Notes under the pieces: model-generated
Databases searched by the model: none
The model's input: only the letters and a program-made list of their open reading frames with translations
Told to the model about the DNA's origin: nothing
Shown: piece by piece, positions 8,601-17,192 of the stretch
Layout of the letters: every line of letters starts with the position of its first letter
Numbering within the stretch: position 1 is the stretch's first letter
Made by a program: the position numbers and the translations under genes
Assembly (NCBI GenBank): GCA_964437755.1
Contig: CAYTIA010000006.1
Location: forward strand, 1-52,369
Direction of reading: 5' to 3'
Source of the DNA: an uncultured Pseudomonadales bacterium
GTDB lineage: Bacteria; Patescibacteriota; Microgenomatia; UBA1400; PJMF01
Length of the DNA stretch: 52,369 nucleotides

Positions 8601-9760
8601 TTAATCTCTAACCATGATTCCGCAATTACTAATCCTTGAACTGAGTCAGCCAATTCTTGATATTTATCATAAAGCTCTTGCTCTGATACAGAAATTTCAG
8701 CCAAAAGCTTGTTTCTTCTTGACTCCTGTAACTGAATCCATGCTGAATCCTTACCCTTTGATTTAGCTAGTTGAGCTGATAACTGTAAAGCTAGTGGTCT
8801 TCGCAAATCTCCAAATCTATCCATAATCTTCAACGTTTCTTCACACTGATCATCAGATAATTCAGAGTACATTAAAATACCATATAGAAAATTTCTTGTT
8901 TTAATGGAGTTCTTTCTGGATTGAAGGAGGTTGATAATCTGCTCATGTAACCCCCTTATCTCTGGATATCTATAACCAACATCTATTTCTTCTTCTAGAT
9001 TTTTTTTGTACCATCTCTCTCTATAAAAACTTAAAATTTCTGTATAACCAATTAATAAACTCTGCACTGCATCTTCATTAGAAAAAACAGTTGGTTGACC
9101 TATAAGTTCATGAACATCAGTCCAGATCCTCTCCATTAAGCATAGAGGGCGTTCATATATTTCCAAATCTTGATCAAAAAACGTGTGTAGGATTTTTCTC
9201 TGTTTTGAAGGTCTCGCTTCTTCCCAACTTAACTCTTCAATATTACCCTCTATTTCATGTTTTTTTTGAAAATAAAAAAGTAAAAACCTTGCTGGAGCAT
9301 GAATTAACCTAACAATATCTGAAGGAGTTAATTCTGCCATTCTCTCACCCTCTTCAATTCTTAAATCTGGAGGAATCAGCGTTTTATCTGAATCTTCAGA
9401 CTTCCTTTCTGCAATCTTTCTTTGATAAAAAGCATTTGGATTTGTAAGAAGCTCTCTTTGTTCAGCTAAGTTTAACCCTAGAGTAAAATCATTATTAATT
9501 TCTGGATGAGCATCTGATAAAGGAACAACAATAGTTTTTTCTGGCTTTTCGACTACCACGAATCCTGCTTGATGCATTACCGCAGCCATCCCTGCAAATT
9601 GTTTTGGTACATCTAACTTTGGAGAAACAACTACAGTAGCTTCTTCTTCTCTAATTGGAGGTTTTCCATCTGCCGACCACAAATTGCCACCAAATTCACG
9701 AGCTATTTGCTCAGTTACAACTCCTTCTCTTATTGCTCGCTCAAGTCTTTGATCACTCAT
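5606..9760 (-). CDS. 1384-aa protein: amidoligase/COOH-NH2-ligase-like domain plus HEAT-like repeat solenoid
   Basis: GLEIE, TLELR, GLHIH and WEVRG motifs at about aa 389-495; recurring G-[GDN]-x-x-[AT] helix pairs about every 31-34 aa from about aa 650 to the C-terminus. Confidence 0.7.
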   Translation of the reverse strand: MSDQRLERAIREGVVTEQIAREFGGNLWSADGKPPIREEEATVVVSPKLDVPKQFAGMAAVMHQAGFVVVEKPEKTIVVPLSDAHPEINNDFTLGLNLAEQRELLTNPNAFYQRKIAERKSEDSDKTLIPPDLRIEEGERMAELTPSDIVRLIHAPARFLLFYFQKKHEIEGNIEELSWEEARPSKQRKILHTFFDQDLEIYERPLCLMERIWTDVHELIGQPTVFSNEDAVQSLLIGYTEILSFYRERWYKKNLEEEIDVGYRYPEIRGLHEQIINLLQSRKNSIKTRNFLYGILMYSELSDDQCEETLKIMDRFGDLRRPLALQLSAQLAKSKGKDSAWIQLQESRRNKLLAEISVSEQELYDKYQELADSVQGLVIAESWLEIKPRKVGLEIEYGDESRKTDCPGFMAGRDMGDTLELRKLDDDLIYGVDYVAQLGNLAMFFDRASPEGLHIHLDQGDHKKAPELPGIEVVVNNQTPIRSAVRVYTWEVRGLTIPRMDRFQRLDPINISNLITLYYHLSQKEHRKLLLTHPEAPLSWQQLVFGYLICETDTPEGRLAALMVLDNPISLSSFNMLEVSDMFSNVGMDEILESISNSFPESKLFEAKVVRGQLTTQLAIELSSKQFKDTDEEKDKYLWIIETFGGETAGNVLASDFVDRRVGLEVLPIIEKIGGDESASILLEVLSPSNQDSLAIAGVICKIGHIEAIKGLVSKLFNSNPFPESVQELILSFLENKIANDDKLRKKFTSTDTYTLMKLAGAYVDKMITGEARIIARRIFKIASSPSASIKLAAYLCEPTVEREEIAIFVESIGEYGDDNATAPLVENMCTGQYQNVSTVDVLTIARKVGGDRTALALLDLAEETSEVKMRLLKVDREEVLDIALTIGGPKTALLALNNLIENKHQYLSRKATILKLARKRGNSGIAKMLASNLDSLSETDEEVSRILSIISDIGNDEAAASLIKNQSDKGCSQEVLETVALIAGDESSAALIVALEKKAINPHDLENVYSIIQEHGGAKTSSRCLTAISTNVVDDKTKLRLWNIFKIVGDSRQCYYLTDLFIEGSISIVPPEEVLFFISRYGTRDSLLLLAERINDSHYSSEYLEEVINILLLNGDRLIFFVLLRKSDLIPINNELALVIFLQYLKVADYDDLYELATLFSQGLLRKIPLVLFLKLFSVDNLNGLESAPSCFARLISGISGNIFSEIETILIMNKIIELRLYRYSVISSALLGSIRERCFSDREFERVMAVVKYLPSDVIDELPLTFYRATHLTPAQKKLLLLQIENRGGENTFIQLAYSYLALVTDHENSGYVGSIPDLALALDVVERKGGRSAMQALESIYLQGRGISDDERVMIRNSYRSMLMRGVGDKKSTGGLMRKAK

Positions 9761-9768
9761 TTTCTTGA

Positions 9769-10461
9769 CTAATACCTTTCCTCAAATAACTTTATTTCAC
9801 CATTTTCAATTAATAAATATGAAGCATAACCATACATAATACAGCCAGAATTGGCATAGTGATTTTGATTGTCAATCTCAGCATAATGGGTATCAGCTCC
9901 AATTAACCACTTCTGGTTTTTTCTACTTAGCACTGCTTCCTTCATGAGCTCATTACTCTTTTTTGCAAAAGAAGATTTCTTCATTATTCCTGGAATAACT
10001 AGATATCCTATTTTTTCTAACAAATTCATTAATTTTCTTAAAAAGATAACAATCATTAGAGATTCTTGAGATAGCAATAACTCTCGAAATTTGCTTTCTA
10101 ACATCCCTCTTTTATTAATCAATAATTCGTACCCGTGGATAATTTCAAGTTCCTTGTTTCCCAAGTTAATTTGACACATTTTTCCAAAACCTTTACAAAA
10201 AAGTTTAGCTCTATCATCAATCATATTTAAACTATCATGATTTCCTAGCACATAGAATGTATTTTTTTCTTTTAAGAGTTTGAAAAGTTTTGACCATTTC
10301 GAGGTAAGAAATTGGTCAAATGTACAAAACCAGCTATCCCAGAAATCTCCATTAATAATTACTCTGTCTGCTCGAGCAATAATTGAATGTAAATACTGAT
10401 ACTTTTTTTGATCAAATTTATGAGTCAGATGGGTATCAGAAAATACTAAAATTCTCATCAT
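9769..10461 (-). CDS. Calcineurin-like metallophosphoesterase
   Basis: SDTH, NGDFWD, GNHD, IIHG, DTH and NSG motifs. Confidence 0.85.
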   Translation of the reverse strand: MMRILVFSDTHLTHKFDQKKYQYLHSIIARADRVIINGDFWDSWFCTFDQFLTSKWSKLFKLLKEKNTFYVLGNHDSLNMIDDRAKLFCKGFGKMCQINLGNKELEIIHGYELLINKRGMLESKFRELLLSQESLMIVIFLRKLMNLLEKIGYLVIPGIMKKSSFAKKSNELMKEAVLSRKNQKWLIGADTHYAEIDNQNHYANSGCIMYGYASYLLIENGEIKLFEERY

Positions 10462-10544
10462 TAATTAATTCTAAACTATTTCATTATCAAATAATTAGTG
10501 ATATTGTATATCTAGTAAACCAATACTCTCTAGCTTCGCTAATA

Positions 10545-11819
10545 ATGACGGAGTTATATCCCCCAAACATAAAAGAAATTCGCAAGAATCAGTTTATTTT
10601 CAAGGAAATTCCACTAAACAATGGATATTATGCTGTAATACTGTTACCCGATTCTGATCCGGGTAAATTATCAATCCCACAACTAACTAATTTTAATTTT
10701 CCTACAGTATCCGGATCTCTAGAAACAACCTTAATTCTAGGTCCAAAAGAAACAAGTAAAGCTAAAATTACCGGTGATTTTGTGGTTTTGGTTGTAATTA
10801 TGAATAAACAACATCAAGCAATAGCAGCAATTCCAGTTGTCCAGGATGGTTTGTCATCAGGAGAATCTGAAGCATATCAGCAAATATTTAAAAGTGTTCT
10901 TCATTCAGCTTGGGATATAAATTTAAGACCTTTTTTTGTTAAAAATCCGCAATTAACCGATTTTTTCTATTCACTTGATGCAGACTCACTCGCTTCAGCC
11001 ATTGCTAGAGACTTCTGGACAAATAATGGCAATTTATTACAAACAATCCTAAATGGTTATCTTGATTCTCTTGAATTAATCGGCAATAAGTGCGATCCTG
11101 ACAAAGTAATAAAAACTATTACTCAACTGCAGTCACAAATCGTTTATGCAAGAGCAATGCATTCAAGACAAATCTTGTCTGCTTTTCATAAATATGAACA
11201 GTGGAAACCAATCTGGGGTGATGCAATTATGGCTTTTTCAGTAATGCATTTTGCACGATCTTTGCAAGAAGAAAATCTTCGCCTAACCAGCTGTCATAGC
11301 GCAAGACCTACCGCTGATTGTTTTCAAGCCATTGAAACAAATATTTCAGGGCAAGGTTTGGTTAGTAATGCACTCACCGTTGACACAAATGCACGCCTTG
11401 AACAATTATTCTTAGATTTGCTTGAGCAGGGATTATTTGAAGATCCAGAAAAAGCACGAAGGTTTTATTTAGAGCATTTATATAGTTATAAACCAGGCGG
11501 TTTTTACGCAACAGTAGCTAACCCTGTTCCAAACATGAATATTGGATCTCATCAAATATTAGCCTTATATCAAAAATATGACCTTGAAGTATTATCATTA
11601 TCAAAAACACCAGGGGGTGACTGGCTAAAGAGTGTTAGCATTTCAGATGGAGCCACATTTGTCACTAGAGACCTAAAAAGAAAAGCTGCAACAGAAGAGT
11701 TAATCATAAAAAGAACAGACGAAGCCCATCAATCCCCCGAAGGTTTTATAAATCAAATACTTGCAGGTGGTGCAAGCGATGATTATTCACTCATAGAGGC
11801 AACTAGCATTCATTTGTAA
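10545..11819 (+). CDS. Hypothetical protein; C-terminal half weakly class I methyltransferase-like
   Basis: Long ORF; ATG 10545 avoids overlap with the divergent phosphoesterase; TVD and YKPGG segments. Confidence 0.55.
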   Translation: MTELYPPNIKEIRKNQFIFKEIPLNNGYYAVILLPDSDPGKLSIPQLTNFNFPTVSGSLETTLILGPKETSKAKITGDFVVLVVIMNKQHQAIAAIPVVQDGLSSGESEAYQQIFKSVLHSAWDINLRPFFVKNPQLTDFFYSLDADSLASAIARDFWTNNGNLLQTILNGYLDSLELIGNKCDPDKVIKTITQLQSQIVYARAMHSRQILSAFHKYEQWKPIWGDAIMAFSVMHFARSLQEENLRLTSCHSARPTADCFQAIETNISGQGLVSNALTVDTNARLEQLFLDLLEQGLFEDPEKARRFYLEHLYSYKPGGFYATVANPVPNMNIGSHQILALYQKYDLEVLSLSKTPGGDWLKSVSISDGATFVTRDLKRKAATEELIIKRTDEAHQSPEGFINQILAGGASDDYSLIEATSIHL

Positions 11820-11831
11820 ATTATCTCAAAA

Positions 11832-11861
11832 AAATAGCCAAGAATTTCTCCTTGGCTATTT
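11832..11861. terminator. Intrinsic terminator between convergent genes
   Basis: AAATAGCCAAG / CTTGGCTATTT 11-bp stem with an 8-nt loop and A/T-rich flanks. Confidence 0.7.
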
Positions 11862-11887
11862 AAAAATCTCTATTCGCAACAAAAAGG

Positions 11888-12376
11888 CTACATCTTGGTC
11901 ATCATGTCATCCATGACTGCCTCAAGATCATCTTCATGCTCCACCTCGTCAGTCAGAATTTCCTTTACCATGCGCTCAGTAACCAAATCTTTTCCTTGTA
12001 CAAAATCAAGTAACTCAGAATAAAATCTAATTGCGCAACGCTCTCCTTCAATATTCTGCTCCACCAATTTTTTTGTATTTGGATCAGCTGGAGTTAAATA
12101 ACCACAACCTGATTTTTCATACCAATCTTTTGGTTCAAGAATTGGTTCTCCACCCAATTGAATAATTCTTGTAGCAACCATGTCAGCATGCCTGAGTTCA
12201 TCGGTAGCATGCTCAAGCAGTTCTATTACCACTTCAGGTCGCATTAAACCAACCGCCACCTTAGCACCCACCCAATACTGATAATATGCCAGCCATTCAT
12301 CAGCATAAGCCTCAGTAAGTTTTTCAATCAACTTATCTTTATCTACTTTAATAATTTGGGTTCCTATTTTTCCCAT
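11888..12376 (-). CDS. dpsL: DPS-like ferritin-family protein (DpsL/thioferritin)
   Basis: DEWLAYYQYW, DELRHA, EGERCAI and DEVEHE diiron ligands; two Cys (SGC, ERC) match the thioferritin pair. Confidence 0.8.
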   Translation of the reverse strand: MGKIGTQIIKVDKDKLIEKLTEAYADEWLAYYQYWVGAKVAVGLMRPEVVIELLEHATDELRHADMVATRIIQLGGEPILEPKDWYEKSGCGYLTPADPNTKKLVEQNIEGERCAIRFYSELLDFVQGKDLVTERMVKEILTDEVEHEDDLEAVMDDMMTKM

Positions 12377-12418
12377 TTTTTCCTTTCACTTAATACTTAA
12401 TACTTTATTACCAATATT

Positions 12419-13189
12419 TTAGACTGCCGTCCATCCACCATCAACATAGATTGTTTGACCGGTAATAAAACTTGATGCATCTGAAGCAAGCAGGATTAAG
12501 GCACCATTTAATTCACCTTCCTTGCCCCAGCGATGCATTGGATTACTACCAACAATGAAAGCATTGGCTTCTTGATTATCTTTAATAGACATTGTCATCT
12601 CACTCTCAAAAAAACCAGGGCCAATGGCGTTAACCGTAATATTATTTTTTGCCCACTCAGCAGCCAAAGCTCGCGTTAGATTAACTACAGCACCTTTGGT
12701 TGCATGATAGGCTACAACAGGAAAAGCTAGATTAGCGCTATGTCCAAAGATTGAAGCGATATTAATAATTTTTCCATAATTTTGCTCAATCATTAATTTG
12801 CCAAACTGCTGAGCAGTAACGAATACTCCCGTTAAGTTCACATCAACAACCTTTTGCCATTCCTCAAGGGTCATTTCAGTAGCCTCACCAATACCACCAA
12901 CACCTGCATTATTAACCAAAATATCCACTCCCCCTAGTTCTGCCTTGACCATCTCAACAGCATTTTTAACTTGCTCAAGATTTGCCACATCACACTCAAT
13001 CGAAATTACCTTATTTGAAAACTCGTTCTCTATTTGCTCCTTAACTTGCTCCAATTTTTCTTTTCTCCTAGCCAACAAAGCAATATCAGCACCATATTCA
13101 GCTAAAGCTTTCGCCATCTGTACACCCAGGCCACTTGAGGCCCCAGTTACAACCGCTCTTTTTCCTGATAAATCAAATAGTTTCGACAT
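12419..13189 (-). CDS. Short-chain dehydrogenase/reductase (gluconate 5-dehydrogenase-like)
   Basis: TGASSGLG, NNAG, YHATK, PGFF and DGG motifs. Confidence 0.9.
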   Translation of the reverse strand: MSKLFDLSGKRAVVTGASSGLGVQMAKALAEYGADIALLARRKEKLEQVKEQIENEFSNKVISIECDVANLEQVKNAVEMVKAELGGVDILVNNAGVGGIGEATEMTLEEWQKVVDVNLTGVFVTAQQFGKLMIEQNYGKIINIASIFGHSANLAFPVVAYHATKGAVVNLTRALAAEWAKNNITVNAIGPGFFESEMTMSIKDNQEANAFIVGSNPMHRWGKEGELNGALILLASDASSFITGQTIYVDGGWTAV

Positions 13190-13254
13190 AGTTTTTAATA
13201 ATTTATATCAATATTTAGTCTACATTGAATAAAAAAAATGACAAGTAAGCCAAC

Positions 13255-13857
13255 TTACCAAATCTTTTGTATCATCTGTTTTAATAAGGAGCTTTTAAGT
13301 TTTTCCTGTTCTTCCAGAAGAAAACTTTTACCAACTTTTGTTAATTCGATCTTTGTGTGACTTGATATTCTCTCAAACTCTTGATAAATAATCATCTCTG
13401 CCCATGAAATAATAGTGGCTTCAAACAATATTGAGGATAAACTTCTCTCATCAAATAATTGTAAGCTTTGATCTTCGATAGTTTTTATTACTCGTAGTAT
13501 TTCTTTCTGAGAGAAATACTTAGAGGCATGATAATATAGAAATCTCTCAATTTTCGATGAAGCTAGCCTTAAACAACCAGAATGATGTCTGAAAGGATTG
13601 TCAAAGTGTGAGTCGGAACTTGTAAACAAGTTAGCACACCCCCAATGTAATCCGTAGGCTGAAGCTAACAATACTTTGGTATCTGAACTTTCTATATTGA
13701 GTTCAGTTGAAAACTTTTTTATTAACTCGATTAGCTTTAAGGTGTGGTTTTTATACAACAAACCATACTTTTTAGAAACAAGATCTCCAAAGATAACTTG
13801 TTTAAGTTTTGATTCAACTTTTGGATGGAGATAAAAATCATTCATCACCATATGCAT
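13255..13857 (-). CDS. Hypothetical protein, degenerate HD-domain-like
   Basis: NHTLKL...VLLASAYGLHWG follows the HD helix pattern, but the HD dyad reads HW. Start may be ATG 13845. Confidence 0.45.
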   Translation of the reverse strand: MHMVMNDFYLHPKVESKLKQVIFGDLVSKKYGLLYKNHTLKLIELIKKFSTELNIESSDTKVLLASAYGLHWGCANLFTSSDSHFDNPFRHHSGCLRLASSKIERFLYYHASKYFSQKEILRVIKTIEDQSLQLFDERSLSSILFEATIISWAEMIIYQEFERISSHTKIELTKVGKSFLLEEQEKLKSSLLKQMIQKIW

Positions 13858-14551
13858 ATAATTCTAAATCAAAATTTGATTCTTCTAAACACAAGGATTG
13901 TTCATCACCATAATCGTAGTCGTCAACTAAATGAATACCTTTTTGAGTTTTAGCCCTTAGATTATCTAATCTAATTCTCTTATCACTCTCATCATACATA
14001 TATTTACGAGCTACTTCATCATACCAGCTCCGAATTCCAAAGAGCCAATCTTTATCAAAAAAACTACTAAGTTCAACCAGCGAGTATCCAAAACGATCAG
14101 AACCATTTAAAAAACCGTCCAACGCTTCTTGAGGATTATTTGTCATTATGCCTAATGTAACTTCAGGAAAAATTGTCTTAATAAGCTTTAGCAGTATTTC
14201 TGCTGCTGGTCTTAAAACCCATATTGAATTACTAACATCACTTAAAGTTTTATCTACATCAAACAAAACCACTTGATTTTCGTCATCAGAACACCAGCTA
14301 ATTACTTTTTCAAGAACCAAATTAATAAACTTAATTTCTTTTCTCATCCAAACATCAGACAATGCTTCTATATCTTCATCTGAAAAAGGTTCACCATTAA
14401 ACCAACCCGTTTGAAAATCCTGATTTTGAGAGAGTTTAATTATAGTTTGGTGAATTCTATCTTTTAGTTCTAAAACTAACTGATCTAAATTTAACTCATT
14501 ACTTCCTTTTTGTTCTGCTAATTTTTGAGAGGTGACTATTAATTCTTCCAT
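13838..14551 (-). CDS. HAD-superfamily-like hypothetical protein
   Basis: VLFDVDKTL (DxD motif I), IMTN (motif II), LVDD (motif IV). Confidence 0.6.
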   Translation of the reverse strand: MEELIVTSQKLAEQKGSNELNLDQLVLELKDRIHQTIIKLSQNQDFQTGWFNGEPFSDEDIEALSDVWMRKEIKFINLVLEKVISWCSDDENQVVLFDVDKTLSDVSNSIWVLRPAAEILLKLIKTIFPEVTLGIMTNNPQEALDGFLNGSDRFGYSLVELSSFFDKDWLFGIRSWYDEVARKYMYDESDKRIRLDNLRAKTQKGIHLVDDYDYGDEQSLCLEESNFDLELYAYGDE

Positions 14552-14604
14552 GCGATAAATGATATCACATCTTACATAAACGCTGATTATTTGCTAAAGT
14601 AATA

Positions 14605-15690
14605 TTGAACAACCAAAATATATATCTGCCTATGACATATCAAGAAATTGTTTCGTTATTGGGAAAAGATGCCCAAGAGCTTCTATCCCATCAATGTAAA
14701 AAAGTTCCAAGCGACCAAATTCATCAGCCTTCAGCTAAACATGTAGATCAAGTTTTTGCTGATTCAGACCGCTCTCCAGAAGTAATTAAAAACCTAAAAA
14801 AATTATATAATCATGGCAGATTAGCAAAAACAGGCTATCTATCAATTCTTCCTATTGACCAAGCCATTGAACATACCGCAGCCTATAGCTTTTATCACAA
14901 TCCCATATATTTTGATCCTGAAAATATTGTCAAATTAGCTCTTGAGGCAGGCTGTAGCGGAGTAGCTTCGACCCTAGGAGTTCTGGGTCTTACATGCAAG
15001 AAATATGCAGAAAAAATCCCCTATATTGTTAAACTAAATCACAACGAGTTGCTAACCTATCCAACTAAACATGATCAAAGAATGTTTGCCCAAGTACAAC
15101 AAGCCTATAACATGGGCGCTGTTGGAGTTGGAGCTACGATATATTATGGGTCTAAAGAATCCAGTCGACAGATTGAGGAAGTGTCTTGGGCATTTGCCAA
15201 GGCTCATGAGTTAGGTCTGTTCACAATTCTATGGTGCTACCCCAGAAATGAAGCTTGGAAAAAAGATGGCGAAAACTACGAGTCTGGAGGAGATGTAACA
15301 GCCCAAGCAATTCATCTTGGCGTTACAATTGAAGCAGATATAGTCAAACAAAAGATGCCCACTCAACACGCCGCTTTTTCAGAATTAAATTTCTCTAAAT
15401 ATAATCTTGAGATGTATCAAAAGTTAGCTACATCTCACCCAATCGATCTAGTTCGTTACCAAGTTGCTCATGCTTATATGGGCAAAATCAGTCTGCTAAA
15501 CAGTGGCGGTGAAAGCAAAGGTGAAAATGATTTTCAAGAAGCAGTCCGCAGTGCAGTAATTAACAAAAGAGGTGGAGGAGCTGGGCTAATTATGGGTCGA
15601 AAAGCCTTCCAAAAACCTCTGGAAGAGGGTATAAAAGTCTTAAATGCTGTTCAGGATGTTTATCTTAATTCTGATATAACGATTGCTTAA
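14605..15690 (+). CDS. fbaB: Class I fructose-bisphosphate aldolase (DhnA type); start may be ATG 14632
   Basis: LSILPIDQAIEH, KLNHNELL, ILWCYPRN, ADIVKQK (Schiff-base Lys) and GRKAFQ motifs. Confidence 0.95.
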   Translation: MNNQNIYLPMTYQEIVSLLGKDAQELLSHQCKKVPSDQIHQPSAKHVDQVFADSDRSPEVIKNLKKLYNHGRLAKTGYLSILPIDQAIEHTAAYSFYHNPIYFDPENIVKLALEAGCSGVASTLGVLGLTCKKYAEKIPYIVKLNHNELLTYPTKHDQRMFAQVQQAYNMGAVGVGATIYYGSKESSRQIEEVSWAFAKAHELGLFTILWCYPRNEAWKKDGENYESGGDVTAQAIHLGVTIEADIVKQKMPTQHAAFSELNFSKYNLEMYQKLATSHPIDLVRYQVAHAYMGKISLLNSGGESKGENDFQEAVRSAVINKRGGGAGLIMGRKAFQKPLEEGIKVLNAVQDVYLNSDITIA

Positions 15691-16271
15691 TATCTCATTA
15701 AGTATTTTTTTAGTTTCTCAAGAGCTCTGCTTCGATGGCTTAACTTGTTTTTGACTTTTAATCCAAGCTCTCCAAAAGTTTTTTTATATCCTTCAGGTAT
15801 AAAAATTGGGTCATAACCAAAACCCGCATCACCAGATGATTGCATAGCAATCTCTCCCTCCACTTTTCCCTCAAAATAATGTGTTTGTTGATCATGAGGA
15901 TTATACAAACACACGGTTGTGACAAAGGCCGCTGCTCTGTTTGATTCGTTTTTTAACTTGCTTAAAATACCCCGGTTTCTATCTGCATCTGTCCCCCGTA
16001 GCCATCTTCCAGAAATTATTCCTGGAAAGCCTTCCAAAGCTTCAATAACTAAGCCAGAATCATCAGAAAAAGCTTGAAGATTAGTTTTATCTGCAAAGAA
16101 TTTTGCTTTCAAAAAGGCATTCTCTTTAAAAGTACTACCAGTTTCTTCAAGATCTAAATTTTTTAAATCTATAAAATCAACCAGCGAACACAACTCAAAA
16201 TTTAGATCACCAAATATCTTAAATACTTCCCGAACTTTTCCCTGATTTGCAGAGGCAAATAGAAGCTTCAT
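15687..16271 (-). CDS. rdgB: RdgB/HAM1 non-canonical purine NTP pyrophosphatase
   Basis: SANQGK, ETGSTF.ENA..KA, DDSGL, GFGYDPIF and SHR motifs. Confidence 0.95.
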   Translation of the reverse strand: MKLLFASANQGKVREVFKIFGDLNFELCSLVDFIDLKNLDLEETGSTFKENAFLKAKFFADKTNLQAFSDDSGLVIEALEGFPGIISGRWLRGTDADRNRGILSKLKNESNRAAAFVTTVCLYNPHDQQTHYFEGKVEGEIAMQSSGDAGFGYDPIFIPEGYKKTFGELGLKVKNKLSHRSRALEKLKKYLMRY

Positions 16272-16284
16272 GAGTTGCTAAAAA

Positions 16285-16569
16285 TTATCCCATCCCGCCA
16301 AGTAATCCTCCAAGACCACCGCTCATAGATTGAAGTTTTTTGGCAGCTAGCTGTTGAGATTGAGTAATAGCTTTGTTTAATACCTTAACAGCATCATCGC
16401 TACTAATACCCTGAACTGAGAAATGTTTAATTTTTTGATCACCAGTAATCACTACCACAATATCTCCCTCTTCTACCCTGATTTCTTCAGCTGAAAGCTC
16501 CTTTTGCATCTTTTGAGCTTGTTGTCTAAGCTGATTTAAATTACCGAGAGCTTTTAATGGATTAGCCAT
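16285..16569 (-). CDS. ybaB: YbaB/EbfC nucleoid-associated protein
   Basis: QAQKMQKEL...VVITGDQKI...LNKAITQ pattern; SD GAGG upstream of ATG 16569. Confidence 0.8.
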   Translation of the reverse strand: MANPLKALGNLNQLRQQAQKMQKELSAEEIRVEEGDIVVVITGDQKIKHFSVQGISSDDAVKVLNKAITQSQQLAAKKLQSMSGGLGGLLGGMG

Positions 16570-16666
16570 AAAATTATTCCTCAAACATGTTGTTAATAAT
16601 TGATTAGTATAACATACTACAAACTCACATCGTTAACAAATCACATGGACTAAATATAACAAACTA

Positions 16667-16695
16667 TTGCAAAAATATCCTATAACTGCTAGAAT
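16667..16695 (+). promoter_or_regulatory. Sigma70-like promoter for the two orphan ORFs
   Basis: TTGCAA, 17-bp spacer ending in TGC, then TAGAAT. Confidence 0.55.
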
Positions 16696-16751
16696 TTCTG
16701 TATATTTGTACAATCAAATATGAATAAGTATTATCAATATTTATAACTACT

Positions 16752-17168
16752 ATGAGAAAACCAGAAACTAGATCACCTTCATCAAGATTAGGAGCTGAGG
16801 CAAGACATGTTAAAAAACAAGTTGAAAAAAGAAGAGCTGACAGAGAAGCTGCAGAAACTCAATGTATGACGCTGAATGCAAATCTTGAACTCCAAAAACA
16901 ACTTATCCGTACTAAATATGTCCTTGAACTGGTTGATTCCATCGATGAATTTCCATTATCCTTATTTGTATATGCATATGACACTCAAACAAGAATGCCC
17001 ATGATGCAAGTTGATATGGATTTTGTTAGAGAAATACTTGAAAAAATTAGTAATTCCCCTCATGTAAACGACAGGCTTGCCTTATATAGAAAATTAGGCC
17101 TAATTCTTAAATCTGCTTGCATACAACTCGGAATAGCTTTTCCTTCTCCAGATCAATCTGATCAATAA
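16752..17168 (+). CDS. Hypothetical protein ending DQSDQ
   Basis: 138-aa ORF in the ybaB-dnaX gap. Confidence 0.6.
   Translation: MRKPETRSPSSRLGAEARHVKKQVEKRRADREAAETQCMTLNANLELQKQLIRTKYVLELVDSIDEFPLSLFVYAYDTQTRMPMMQVDMDFVREILEKISNSPHVNDRLALYRKLGLILKSACIQLGIAFPSPDQSDQ
17149..17168 (+). repeat. 20-bp direct repeat, copy 1 (CAGATCAATCTGATCAATAA)
   Basis: Exact match to 18169-18188; includes the stop codon. Confidence 0.9.
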
Positions 17169-17192
17169 TATAAAACAATAATTGAAAAACTT

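Noticed and set aside
10383-10544. Long N-terminal extension of the 478-aa ORF
   Set aside because: It overlaps the start of the divergent phosphoesterase; ATG 10545 is more plausible.
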